A DNA stretch of 64,000 nucleotides, taken from Macrostomum lignano (lineage: Eukaryota). Where the stretch lies: assembly GCA_002269645.1 (NCBI GenBank), contig NIVC01000126.1:62001-126000 (forward strand), read 5' to 3'. Of this stretch, positions 28,001 to 39,800 are shown piece after piece. Both the position numbers and the translations under genes were made by a program. Each line of letters opens with the position of its first letter. The stretch's first letter is position 1. Under the pieces are notes generated by a model, which saw only the letters and a program-made list of their open reading frames with translations, was not told where the DNA came from and ran no database searches.

Positions 28001-30634
28001 CTTATTGGCTTCTGAGGTGGGGTGAAGCGTGACTGAATCTGATTGGCTGCAGAGGTGGGGTGGGCTTGGCAGCTGAGGTAGAGGTGGAACTTGCCTGAAT
28101 CTTATTGGCTGCTGAGATGGGGCGGGGCTTGGGTGAATTTTATTGGCTGCGGAGGTGGGGTGGGCTTGGCTGCTGAGATGGGGTGGGGCTTGGGTGAATC
28201 TTATTGGCTGCGGAGGTGGGGTGGGCTTGGCTGCTGAGGTGGGGGTGGGGCTTGGCTGAATCTTATTGACTGCGGAGGTGGGGTGGGCTTGGCTGCTGAG
28301 GTAGAGGTGGGACTTGCCTGAATCTTATTGGCTGCTGAGATGGGGTGGGGCTTGGGTGAATCTTATTGGCTGCGGAGGTGGGGTGGGCTTGGCTGCTGAG
28401 GTAGAGGTGAGACTTGCGTGAATCAGATTTGCTGCTAAGGTAGGGGTGGGGCATGACTGAATTTGATTGGCTGCTGAAACGGGGTGGAGTTTGGCTGAAT
28501 CTGATCGGCTGCTGGGACGGGGTGGGGCTTGACTGAGTCTGATTGGATGCTGAGACGGAGTGGGACTTGAATATGAAGTTTCAAGCCTAAGAACCACTGC
28601 AAAACAAGAAACCAAACCAAACAAACCTTGCGCCTTGGATGCCTCAATTCTGGCTATAAAAGTTCGCATAGCTTCTTCAAATTCGGCATTGGATCCGCGC
28701 GGCTCAACTACTAGCTCTTTCCGACGCTCCAGCCGCTCCAACAGTCCAGTGTTGGCCCAGCGAGTTCGCATCTTCTCCAAGAACGTGTAGGACGGCATAA
28801 AACAGAGCACGCCATGGGGCACAGTCTCGCACACGCTGGCCAACAGCAGGCCGAGTTCGTCTTGAAATTCGAATCGTTCCGAATTTTGATAATTAGCGCA
28901 CAAAGATCTACCTGTTGGCCCGTTAGCAACGGAACAGACTAGTAGCTGGTCCGGCTTGATCACGTGATTAGCTTCCAATTGCAGGGGGAACGCTTGGCCT
29001 AATTCGCTTTGGAAGCTGGCCATTGGACTCAGAGTGCCGCTAGTGAGAATGACGCAACGAGCAGCAGAGCCGAGGTCGGCAAAAGCAACGGCGGGATTCA
29101 GGCACCAGAAGCTCATGCTCAGAGTCTGCTCAGGGTTGTCCTGCTGGTTCTGACGCTTGGAGAGCCAGCCGGTCTGGTTGAGAGGGTGAAGCACCGCCTT
29201 CACCTGCCAGAGATTGTGTGAGAAAGTGCTACTCTGAATCTTAAAGCCTTACATTGTATGGCGATAGCTTCTATGTGGCTGACGCTGCCTATTTAGGAGG
29301 TATGAGACACTCCATAGAGGTGTGACGTGAGACACTCCATGGAGATGTGAGACACTCCCTAGAGGTGTGACGTGAGACACTCCATAGAGATGTGAGACAC
29401 TCCCTAGAGGTGTGACGTGAAACACTCCATAGAGATGTGAGACACTCCCTAGAGGTGTGACGTAAGACACTCCATAGAGATGTGAGACACTCCATAGAGA
29501 TGTGAGACACTCCCTAGAGGTGTGAGACACTCCCTAGAGGTGTGAGACACTCCCTAGAGGTGTGAGACACTCCCTAGAGGTGTGAGACACTCCCTAGAGG
29601 TGTGACGTGAGACACTCCATAGAGATGTGAGACACTCCCTAGAGGTGTGACGTAAGACACTCCATAGAGATGTGAGACACTCCATAGAGATGTGAGACAC
29701 TCCCTAGAGGTGTGAGACACTCCCTAGAGGTGTGGGACACTCCCTAGAGGTGTGGGACACTCCCTAGAGGTGTGGGACATTCCCTAGAGGTGTGGGACAC
29801 TCCCTAGAGGTGTGGGACACTCCCTAGAGGTGTGAGGCACTCCCTAGAGGTGTGAGGCAGTCCCTAGAGGTGTGTGAGACACTCCATAGAAGTGTGAATC
29901 TCCTTAGATTTGGGTGATACTCCCTAAAAAAAGGTGACAATCCCTTGAGGTGTGAGACACTCTTTAGACTGAATTTGTATCTGATGAACAACAAAAGAAA
30001 ATGGTCGCTCACCTTCTGCAGAGCCACGCGATAATCGTTGGCAAACTTGCAGTTGTCCCTGGTCAGAAAGTGGCAAACCAATAGAAAGGCTTCCAATGCT
30101 TGCACAGTGATCGGATCCAAGGTGACATGGGCGGCCGAGCTGCCTCTAGCAGAGCCGGACTTGTTGCCGCCTTTTCTGCGCACTGCAGTCCAGTTGATGT
30201 CACCGTCAGAGCCGTCAGGATTTCCGCGCTGCGCAGCTGTCCGCTCCTCGATAGTCTGGACAACAGCGCCAAGGTGTTGCGTCAGCGCAACGTGGGAGCC
30301 TTCGGTCAGCTGGATTCCAGCGTAGCGCAGCAGTCCCAGCATCTCCTGGGCGTCCCAGACGTGCTCCATCTGGTTGAAACCGATTGCCCGAAGCTTACTG
30401 GCCGATGTCTGCATCACGTTGAGCAGCTTCTCGACCGTGTCTAATAGGGGAGCCGCGTGCGAGTAGAGCTCCGCGTCTCTGCCTGCGGGATTGCGGCTGA
30501 TTGAGTTCGCTGATGCGGCTCAGGACTTGCTTGGGGCGATGAGAATGCCAGCTAGCTAACTACGAGTACCTAACTCACTAGCTAATTAACTAACTACCTA
30601 ACTACCTAATTAATCAACTAACCAACTAACTAAT

Positions 30635-30670
<36 letters not shown>

Positions 30671-30768
30671 CAACTAACTAACTGACTAACTAACTGACTA
30701 ACAAATTAATCAACTAACCAACTAACTAATTAACTAACTAACTAACTAACTAACCAACTAACTATCAA

Positions 30769-30801
<33 letters not shown>

Positions 30802-33613
30802 GACTAACTAACTAACTAGCCAACCAACTAACTAGCAAGCTAAATAAGCTATAAACTTAACATCTGAAAACCTCTCCCGGAAGCAAGTTTTCAGATGATA
30901 AATCTTACAAATATCGTCCAGGTTCTTCTTGGCGTGCACCAGCTGCTCCTCAGTGATAGTTATCGAAGCGCTCTCCCTGCAGGCGTCTTCGATATTGTGC
31001 GCCTCGTCCAGGATTACAATGTGATTTTTTACGCTAATGCTCATCTGGTAGGGGCGGAGATATTCATAGATTCATTTTTTCTTTATCAAGTCCCAATGCA
31101 TGACAATTATCGGACACCTAAAGATAACTTACATTCTTCCTAATAGTAGGATCAATCAGGTAATTGTAGGGACAAAAGATTAGGTCAGCTTCATCCATAA
31201 GCGCCCTGGCCACGTAGTAAGGACACGGGCTTCTGTCCTTGCGGGCGGTGAGGGCCTGCAGTTGATGATGAGGCAACTGTTTGTTTAACGTTTAAAGACA
31301 CAGACAATTACGACAGACACATTGAGAGAGACTGGAAGACAAACACGACAGACACACTGAGAGAGGCTGGCAGACAAAGACGACAGACACACTGAGAGAG
31401 GCTGGCAGACAAATACGACAGACACACTGAGAGAGGCTGGCAGACAAACATGACAGACACACTGAGAGAGGCTGGCAGACAAATACGACAGACACACTGA
31501 GAGAGGCTGGCAGACAAACATGACAGACACACTGAGAGAGGCTGGCAGACAAACATGACAGACACACTGAGAGAGGCTGGCAGACAAACCTGACAGACAC
31601 ACTGAGAGAGGCTGGCAGACAAACATGACAGACACACTGAGAGAGGCTGGCAGACAAACCTGACAGACACACTGAGAGAGGCTGGCAAACAAACATGACA
31701 GACATACAGAGAAAATGGGTGGATCAAGACATGAAAAGCAAGCACCAGTTAATTGAGCTCACCGTAACAAGATCCTCAATATCCCAGGCAGGTCTGAGTC
31801 CATAATTTTGTCGCACTTTTTGTTGAGTATCGGCGCTAGTCTTTCGAGTATAATAGGCACACGAGGACTCTTTAAGCAGCTCTTTGCAATGCTCGGCTTT
31901 GCTGCGACCGCGATTACCAATGACTGTTGGATGTATGCAGCTGTGCTCGCGACTTGAAAGCACCGTCATGCTGAGTGACGAGTTTTTGGTGGTGACTAAT
32001 TAAAACTTCCTTTGAAAAACTAGCAGTTTTACTAGTAGTAGACTTTATAATACATTGTTGTTACTTTTAAAAAGTTATTTCCCTACATTTCTACTAATAA
32101 GTAGAATACTTAATAAAAGTTCATTATTATTAACTTTGTGCCTGTAGTATACCATTATTTCTACTGTAAGTAGAGTATTAACAAAATCCACCCATTTATA
32201 ATTGCATTTCTGCACTAACAAAAAGTTAAGCCTAAAAACTCACTTAACATCCGCAAAGGCGGTCTTCCTTAATTCTCGAACCAATTGCCCAATCTGCTTG
32301 TGTGTCCTGGAGCCGAAAAATATCTTTGGAATTCTGCGAAGAAGTAAAAAACAAAAATAAAAGTAAAAACTTTTCTTTCAGATTAGTAAAATGAACAAAC
32401 AGTGGGTCAGGCGGATGTACACGACTGACTCTGACTTTTCATAGGGTCAAACAGATCTAAACGACTAAGTCTGACCCTTCTGTGGGTCAGACAGATCTAA
32501 ACGACTAACTCTGACCCTTCTGTGGGTCAGACAGATCTAAACGACTAAGTCTGACCCTTCTGTGGGTCAGACAGATCTAAACGACTAACACTGACCCTTT
32601 TGTGGGTCAGTGGATCAGCGATTGTCAGACATGTACACCTCAACGCCTAGAGGGTTGGCCCGTACAGGCGTGAATCACGTGACAAAGCCTCAAGCCAAAT
32701 TGGTTTACGCACTTCACTTTGTTCGCCGCCTGCTGCTGCCGGTCGGACTCCAGTGCGTCTAGCAGAGCAGCCTGGTGACACACGCAGCCGTTGCACTTGG
32801 CCATTGAAGCTTCGTCTGGCTGCCGCTCCTGCTGTTGACCCGCCTGTACCGCGTGATGACTGCGACAATCTGAGCAGCAATTTTTGTTGTGAATTGATGC
32901 TGCTGCAGTTTGTTTGTCTATCGAAGTCTGATCTTGAGCATCTTCATAATCGGCTTTCGTGTTCGGCTCCTCATCGTTAGTGCCCTGAGACCGATTTTAG
33001 TAAGTGTTATTAATTAATAGGCTTTGTTGAAAGTTGATTCTGTCTTTTAGGTGTCTGTCTTTTAGGTGTCTGTCTTTGGGTTGTCTGTCATGGGTGTCTG
33101 TCTTTCAGGTGTCTGTTTTAGTCTCTCTTTGTCTTTAGGCGTCTGTTTTTGGGTGTCTGTCTCTTGGATGTCTGGCTTTGGGTGTCTGTCTTAGTATTCC
33201 TCTCTGTCTTTGGGTCTCTTTCTTTGGTGTTTGTGTCATTTGGGTGTCTGTATTTTGCCTGTCTTAGTGTTTGTCATTGGGTGAGCAAGGATTCTGTGAG
33301 TGAGCGAGTCTGTGCACCTTGATTAAAATCTTACCGGACTATTTTTATCTTTAAAATGGCGCAACCAAGCCAGACTGGCGCAGAGAAGTGACAGGCTTTT
33401 GCCACTGCCAGTTGGCGATTCAACTAAACAGCATTGGCTGGCTAAGCAGCTCTGCACAACCCGGCTCATCATGCTTAGTTGCGAAGGATACGCGCTGTAA
33501 GGAAATGGCACTTCAACACCCTGCAGACTGTAGATCTTCTGCTGTTTCTGCTCCTGCTGACTGCTGTCTTTGCCAGCCAGCTTGGCAGTTTGACTGCGAA
33601 ACCAGTTTTGAGC
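25013..33613 (-). CDS. BRIP1: Fanconi anemia group J / BRIP1 Fe-S DEAH helicase, >=1129 aa, 11 exons, start codon not found
   Basis: Exons (-) 33613-33335, 32984-32713, 32333-32244, 31970-31763, 31255-31133, 31044-30909, 30482-30013, 29203-28627, 27917-27517, 26441-25874, 25278-25013 (3390 nt, phases match). Motifs [42 protein letters not shown]...HC...[68 protein letters not shown]. Confidence 0.95.
25315..25830. repeat. Degenerate minisatellite (TGTTGCTATGTGGTTTCTAG[A/G]C)n, intronic
   Basis: Read directly. Confidence 0.85.
26484..26854. repeat. Direct duplication of a ~170-bp block, period 198 bp
   Basis: ATAAAGTATGTATTCTGCTAG... starts at 26484 and 26682; nearly identical. Confidence 0.9.
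26830..27470. repeat. 34-bp minisatellite (GAGCTACTTCCGGTGTACGGATTTACAAGAAGTC)n, about 18 copies
   Basis: Read directly; FANCJ intron. Confidence 0.96.
27940..28562. repeat. G-rich degenerate minisatellite (GAATCTTATTGGCTGCGGAGGTGGGGTGGGCTTGGCTGCTGAG...)n
   Basis: Read directly; FANCJ intron 28626-27918. Confidence 0.9.
29300..29960. repeat. 20/25-bp minisatellite (GTGAGACACTCCCTAGAGGT)n
   Basis: Read directly; FANCJ intron. Confidence 0.93.
30555..30835. repeat. (CTAA)n microsatellite
   Basis: Read directly; FANCJ intron. Confidence 0.95.
31300..31705. repeat. 39-bp minisatellite (GACAGACACACTGAGAGAGGCTGGCAGACAAACAT...)n
   Basis: Read directly; FANCJ intron. Confidence 0.93.
32420..32615. 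repeat. 40-bp hairpin minisatellite (TCTGACCCTTCTGTGGGTCAGACAGATCTAAACGACTAA[G/C])n, about 5 copies
   Basis: Period 40; TCTGACCC/GGGTCAGA perfect 8-bp stem. Confidence 0.9.
33045..33280. repeat. Degenerate (GTGTCTGTCTTT)-like low-complexity tract
   Basis: Read directly. Confidence 0.7.
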
Positions 33614-33881
33614 CTGGAGCAAAGTTTTACAGAAACATAAATGCTAAAATTGTATATTTTATTAAACAGGCAACTTGAAGGCAACAGCCAATTAATTACA
33701 TTGGTGTCTGTCTTTCTGTGTCTATCTTGGTACCTATCTTTGCATGCCTGTCTTTAGAAATTTAGACAGTGCTTTTGTGTTCAATAACAAGGTTTCTAAA
33801 AATCGTTTTTGGTAGAGCGGTTTGGGAGTCCATAGCGAAGTAATTTGTACACACACACACACACACACACACACAATCACG

Positions 33882-36800
33882 CACCGGGCACTTGTTGGTA
33901 CGGTATACAATGGTGGGCACTTATTTTGCAATTTTTTTTGACACACGAAAACACACACATACACACAGTGCAATGACCTATTAAGTATTTTTAGCATTTA
34001 AATGATGAAAAAAAGCATACATTGAAATAAAAAAGCACGTCCCATACTAATAGTATGATCTATTGAAAGTGAAGGAATAGCATATCATCGTGTAACTATA
34101 TTGTCCTCAGTCGAGCGAATTCAGCATTACTTGAAATACAAGTCTTCGTTGAAGCCAATCCACATGAAGGAAAAACTAGTTACAAGCAGTCTATTTACCT
34201 TTACCTTTACTAATACGCTATAATGCTGTACGCAATATGCCTGACTAATATGAATAAAAAATTCAATTACACTTGCGCTTAGGAAAAAACCTAAAATTGA
34301 CAGTGAAACTGAAAAACTGAAACGCAAAGATTAGTTAAGCAGATTAAACAAAAAATTCCGGTCGAGCGAGAAAACAGGAGTCTCGTTATTTAGAGCACTC
34401 TGGCATCCAGCATTACGCTTGCAGATTATAAATTAGCTGCTCTCCTGAGTTCGAAGCTGACAGGTCCGTTGCAGTCGGCATCGATTGAGTCGACTGCCAA
34501 TTTAGTCAATGGGTTTCGTTTCTTCTTTTCACTGGAACCTGTGGTGGGATTAGCAAAAGATCGATTTCGCATATCTGTTTAGTGATTTCAAGGACGACAA
34601 AATCATTCTTCTCTGCATGTCAGCTCCAGAAGATGCTAGTTTGCTTGCAGCTTTCTGTAGGAGCATTCTACTTTAGTAAAGTGTACCCATTCTAAAATAA
34701 GCTGTTTTTAATATGTCCCAACAAGTCTCTGTGCAGTGTGTCATCCGTTTGCCCATCAATTTGTTCTGGAGCCCTTTATTAATTGAGTTCTTTAGGTGAC
34801 TTAACAAATGCGGAAAAAACTAGACACACACACACAGTGGCCCAACACTTCGTGTCCCAATAATTGCTAGGAAAAATGCACTGCAGTGTTTAAGCATCTC
34901 CTCTGAGGGGCCCTTGCATGCATAGCTATAGAATCTGCTAAGACCCGATCTGAGAGTTAAAAGTACAAAAAGTTATAACGCTTCTAGACACGAAAACGAA
35001 TGCAGCCACAGCATGAACTAACCTTTTATTGAAGCTTCTGCTTTAAATACTTTGATGCTGTGAAGCATTCTGGCATCTAGCATTACTCTCGTAGACTATT
35101 AGCTGCTCTCCTGAGTTCGAAGCTGACAGGTCCGTTGCAGTCGGCATCGATTGAGTCGACTGCCAATTTAGTCAATGGGTTTCGTTTCTTCTTTTCACTG
35201 GAACCTGTGGTGGGATTAGCAAAAGATCGATTTCGCATATCTGTTTAGTGATTTCAAGGACGACAAAATCATTCTTCTCTGCATGTCAGCTCCAGAAGAT
35301 GCTAGTTTGCTTGCAGCTTTCTGTAGGAGCATTCTACTTTAGTAAAGTGTACCCATTCTAAAATAAGCTGTTTTTAATATGTCCCAACAAGTCTCTGTGC
35401 AGTGTGTCATCCGTTTGCCCATCAATTTGTTCTGGAGCCCTTTATTAATTGAGTTCTTTAGGTGACTTAACAAATGCGGAAAAAACTAGACACACACACA
35501 CAGTGGCCCAACACTTCGTGTCCCAATAATTGCTAGGAAAAATGCACTGCAGTGTTTAAGCATCTCCTCTGAGGGGCCCTTGCATGCATAGCTATAGAAT
35601 CTGCTAAGACCCGATCTGAGAGTTAAAAGTACAAAAAGTTATAACGCTTCTAGACACGAAAACGAATGCAGCCACAGCATGAACTAACCTTTTATTGAAG
35701 CTTCTGCTTTAAAGACTTTGATGCTGTGAAGCATTCTGGCATCTAGCATTACTCTCGTAGACTATTAGCTGCTCTCCTGAGTTCGAAGCTGACAGGTCCG
35801 TTGCAGTCGGCATCGATTGAGTCGACTGCCAATTTAGTCAATGGGTTTCGTTTCTTCTTTTCACTGGAACCTGTGGTGGGATTAGCAAAAGATCGATTTC
35901 GCATATCTGTTTAGTGATTTCAAGGACGACAAAATCATTCTTCTCTGCATGTCAGCTCCAGAAGATGCTAGTTTGTTTGCAGCTTTCTGTAGGAGCATTC
36001 TACTTTAGTAAAGTGTACCCATTCTAAAATAAGCTGTTTTTAATATGTCCCAACAAGTCTCTGTGCAGTGTGTCATCCGTTTGCCCATCAATTTGTTCTG
36101 GAGCCCTTTATTAATTGAGTTCTTTAGGTGACTTAACAAATGCGGAAAAAACTAGACACACACACACAGTGGCCCAACACTTCGTGTCCCAATAATTGCT
36201 AGGAAAAATGCACTGCAGTGTTTAAGCATCTCCTCTGAGGGGCCCTTGCATGCATAGCTATAGAATCTGCTAAGACCCGATCTGAGAGTTAAAAGTACAA
36301 AAAGTTATAACGCTTCTAGACACGAAAACGAATGCAGCCACAGCATGAACTAACCTTTTATTGAAGCTTCTGCTTTAAAGACTTTGATGCTGTGAAGCAT
36401 TCTGGCATCTAGCATTACTCTCGTAGACTATTAGCTGCTCTCCTGAGTTCGAAGCTGACAGGTCAGTTGCAGTCGGCATCGATTGAGTCGACTGCCAATT
36501 TAGTCAATGGGTTTCGTTTCTTCTTTTCACTGGAACCTGTGGTGGGATTAGCAAAAGATCGATTTCGCATATCTGTTTAGTGATTTCAAGGACGACAAAA
36601 TCATTCTTCTCTGCATGTCAGCTCCAGAAGATGCTAGTTTGCTTGCAGCTTTCTGTAGGAGCATTCTACTTTAGTAAAGTGTACCCATTCTAAAATAAGC
36701 TGTTTTTAATATGTCCCAACAAGTCTCTGTGCAGTGTGTCATCCGTTTGCCCATCAATTTGTTCTGGAGCCCTTTATTAATTGAGTTCTTTAGGTGACTT

Positions 36801-39800
36801 AACAAATGCGGAAAAAACTAGACACACACACACAGTGGCCCAACACTTCGTGTCCCAATAATTGCTAGGAAAAATGCACTGCAGTGTTTAAGCATCTCCT
36901 CTGAGGGGCCCTTGCATGCATAGCTATAGAATCTGCTAAGACCCGATCTGAGAGTTAAAAGTACAAAAAGTTATAACGCTTCTAGACACGAAAACGAATG
37001 CAGCCACAGCATGAACTAACCTTTTATTGAAGCTTCTGCTTTAAAGACTTTGATGCTGTGAAGCATTCTGGCATCTAGCATTACTCTCGTAGACTATTAG
37101 CTGCTCTCCTGAGTTCGAAGCTGACAGGTCCGTTGCAGTCGGCATCGATTGAGTCGACTGCCAATTTAGTCAATGGGTTTCGTTTCTTCTTTTCACTGGA
37201 ACCTGTGGTGGGATTAGCAAAAGATCGATTTCGCATATCTGTTTAGTGATTTCAAGGACGACAAAATCATTCTTCTCTGCATGTCAGCTCCAGAAGATGC
37301 TAGTTTGCTTGCAGCTTTCTGTAGGAGCATTCTACTTTAGTAAAGTGTACCCATTCTAAAATAAGCTGTTTTTAATATGTCCCAACAAGTCTCTGTGCAG
37401 TGTGTCATCCGTTTGCCCATCAATTTGTTCTGGAGCCCTTTATTAATTGAGTTCTTTAGGTGACTTAACAAATGCGGAAAAAACTAGACACACACACACA
37501 GTGGCCCAACACTTCGTGTCCCAATAATTGCTAGGAAAAATGCACTGCAGTGTTTAAGCATCTCCTCTGAGGGGCCCTTGCATGCATAGCTATAGAATCT
37601 GCTAAGACCCGATCTGAGAGTTAAAAGTACAAAAAGTTATAACGCTTCTAGACACGAAAACGAATGCAGCCACAGCATGAACTAACCTTTTATTGAAGCT
37701 TCTGCTTTAAATACTTTGATGCTGTGAAGCATTCTGGCATCTAGCATTACTCTCGTAGACTATTAGCTGCTCTCCTGAGTTCGAAGCTGACAGGTCCGTT
37801 GCAGTCGGCATCGATTGAGTCGACTGCCAATTTAGTCAATGGGTTTCGTTTCTTCTTTTCACTGGAACCTGTGGTGGGATTAGCAAAAGATCGATTTCGC
37901 ATATCTGTTTAGTGATTTCAAGGACGACAAAATCATTCTTCTCTGCATGTCAGCTCCAGAAGATGCTAGTTTGCTTGCAGCTTTCTGTAGGAGCATTCTA
38001 CTTTAGTAAAGTGTACCCATTCTAAAATAAGCTGTTTTTAATATGTCCCAACAAGTCTCTGTGCAGTGTGTCATCCGTTTGCCCATCAATTTGTTCTGGA
38101 GCCCTTTATTAATTGAGTTCTTTAGGTGACTTAACAAATGCGGAAAAAACTAGACACACACACACAGTGGCCCAACACTTCGTGTCCCAATAATTGCTAG
38201 GAAAAATGCACTGCAGTGTTTAAGCATCTCCTCTGAGGGGCCCTTGCATGCATAGCTATAGAATCTGCTAAGACCCGATCTGAGAGTTAAAAGTACAAAA
38301 AGTTATAACGCTTCTAGACACGAAAACGAATGCAGCCACAGCATGAACTAACCTTTTATTGAAGCTTCTGCTTTAAAGACTTTGATGCTGTGAAGCATTC
38401 TGGCATCTAGCATTACTCTCGTAGACTATTAGCTGCTCTCCTGAGTTCGAAGCTGACAGGTCCGTTGCAGTCGGCATCGATTGAGTCGACTGCCAATTTA
38501 GTCAATGGGTTTCGTTTCTTCTTTTCACTGGAACCTGTGGTGGGATTAGCAAAAGATCGATTTCGCATATCTGTTTAGTGATTTCAAGGACGACAAAATC
38601 ATTCTTCTCTGCATGTCAGCTCCAGAAGATGCTAGTTTGCTTGCAGCTTTCTGTAGGAGCATTCTACTTTAGTAAAGTGTACCCATTCTAAAATAAGCTG
38701 TTTTTAATATGTCCCAACAAGTCTCTGTGCAGTGTGTCATCCGTTTGCCCATCAATTTGTTCTGGAGCCCTTTATTAATTGAGTTCTTTAGGTGACTTAA
38801 CAAATGCGGAAAAAACTAGACACACACACACAGTGGCCCAACACTTCGTGTCCCAATAATTGCTAGGAAAAATGCACTGCAGTGTTTAAGCATCTCCTCT
38901 GAGGGGCCCTTGCATGCATAGCTATAGAATCTGCTAAGACCCGATCTGAGAGTTAAAAGTACAAAAAGTTATAACGCTTCTAGACACGAAAACGAATGCA
39001 GCCACAGCATGAACTAACCTTTTATTGAAGCTTCTGCTTTAAATACTTTGATGCTGTGAAGCATTCTGGCATCTAGCATTACTCTCGTAGACTATTAGCT
39101 GCTCTCCTGAGTTCGAAGCTGACAGGTCCGTTGCAGTCGGCATCGATTGAGTCGACTGCCAATTTAGTCAATGGGTTTCGTTTCTTCTTTTCACTGGAAC
39201 CTGTGGTGGGATTAGCAAAAGATCGATTTCGCATATCTGTTTAGTGATTTCAAGGACGACAAAATCATTCTTCTCTGCATGTCAGCTCCAGAAGATGCTA
39301 GTTTGCTTGCAGCTTTCTGTAGGAGCATTCTACTTTAGTAAAGTGTACCCATTCTAAAATAAGCTGTTTTTAATATGTCCCAACAAGTCTCTGTGCAGTG
39401 TGTCATCCGTTTGCCCATCAATTTGTTCTGGAGCCCTTTATTAATTGAGTTCTTTAGGTGACTTAACAAATGCGGAAAAAACTAGACACACACACACAGT
39501 GGCCCAACACTTCGTGTCCCAATAATTGCTAGGAAAAATGCACTGCAGTGTTTAAGCATCTCCTCTGAGGGGCCCTTGCATGCATAGCTATAGAATCTGC
39601 TAAGACCCGATCTGAGAGTTAAAAGTACAAAAAGTTATAACGCTTCTAGACACGAAAACGAATGCAGCCACAGCATGAACTAACCTTTTATTGAAGCTTC
39701 TGCTTTAAATACTTTGATGCTGTGAAGCATTCTGGCATCTAGCATTACTCTCGTAGACTATTAGCTGCTCTCCTGAGTTCGAAGCTGACAGGTCCGTTGC

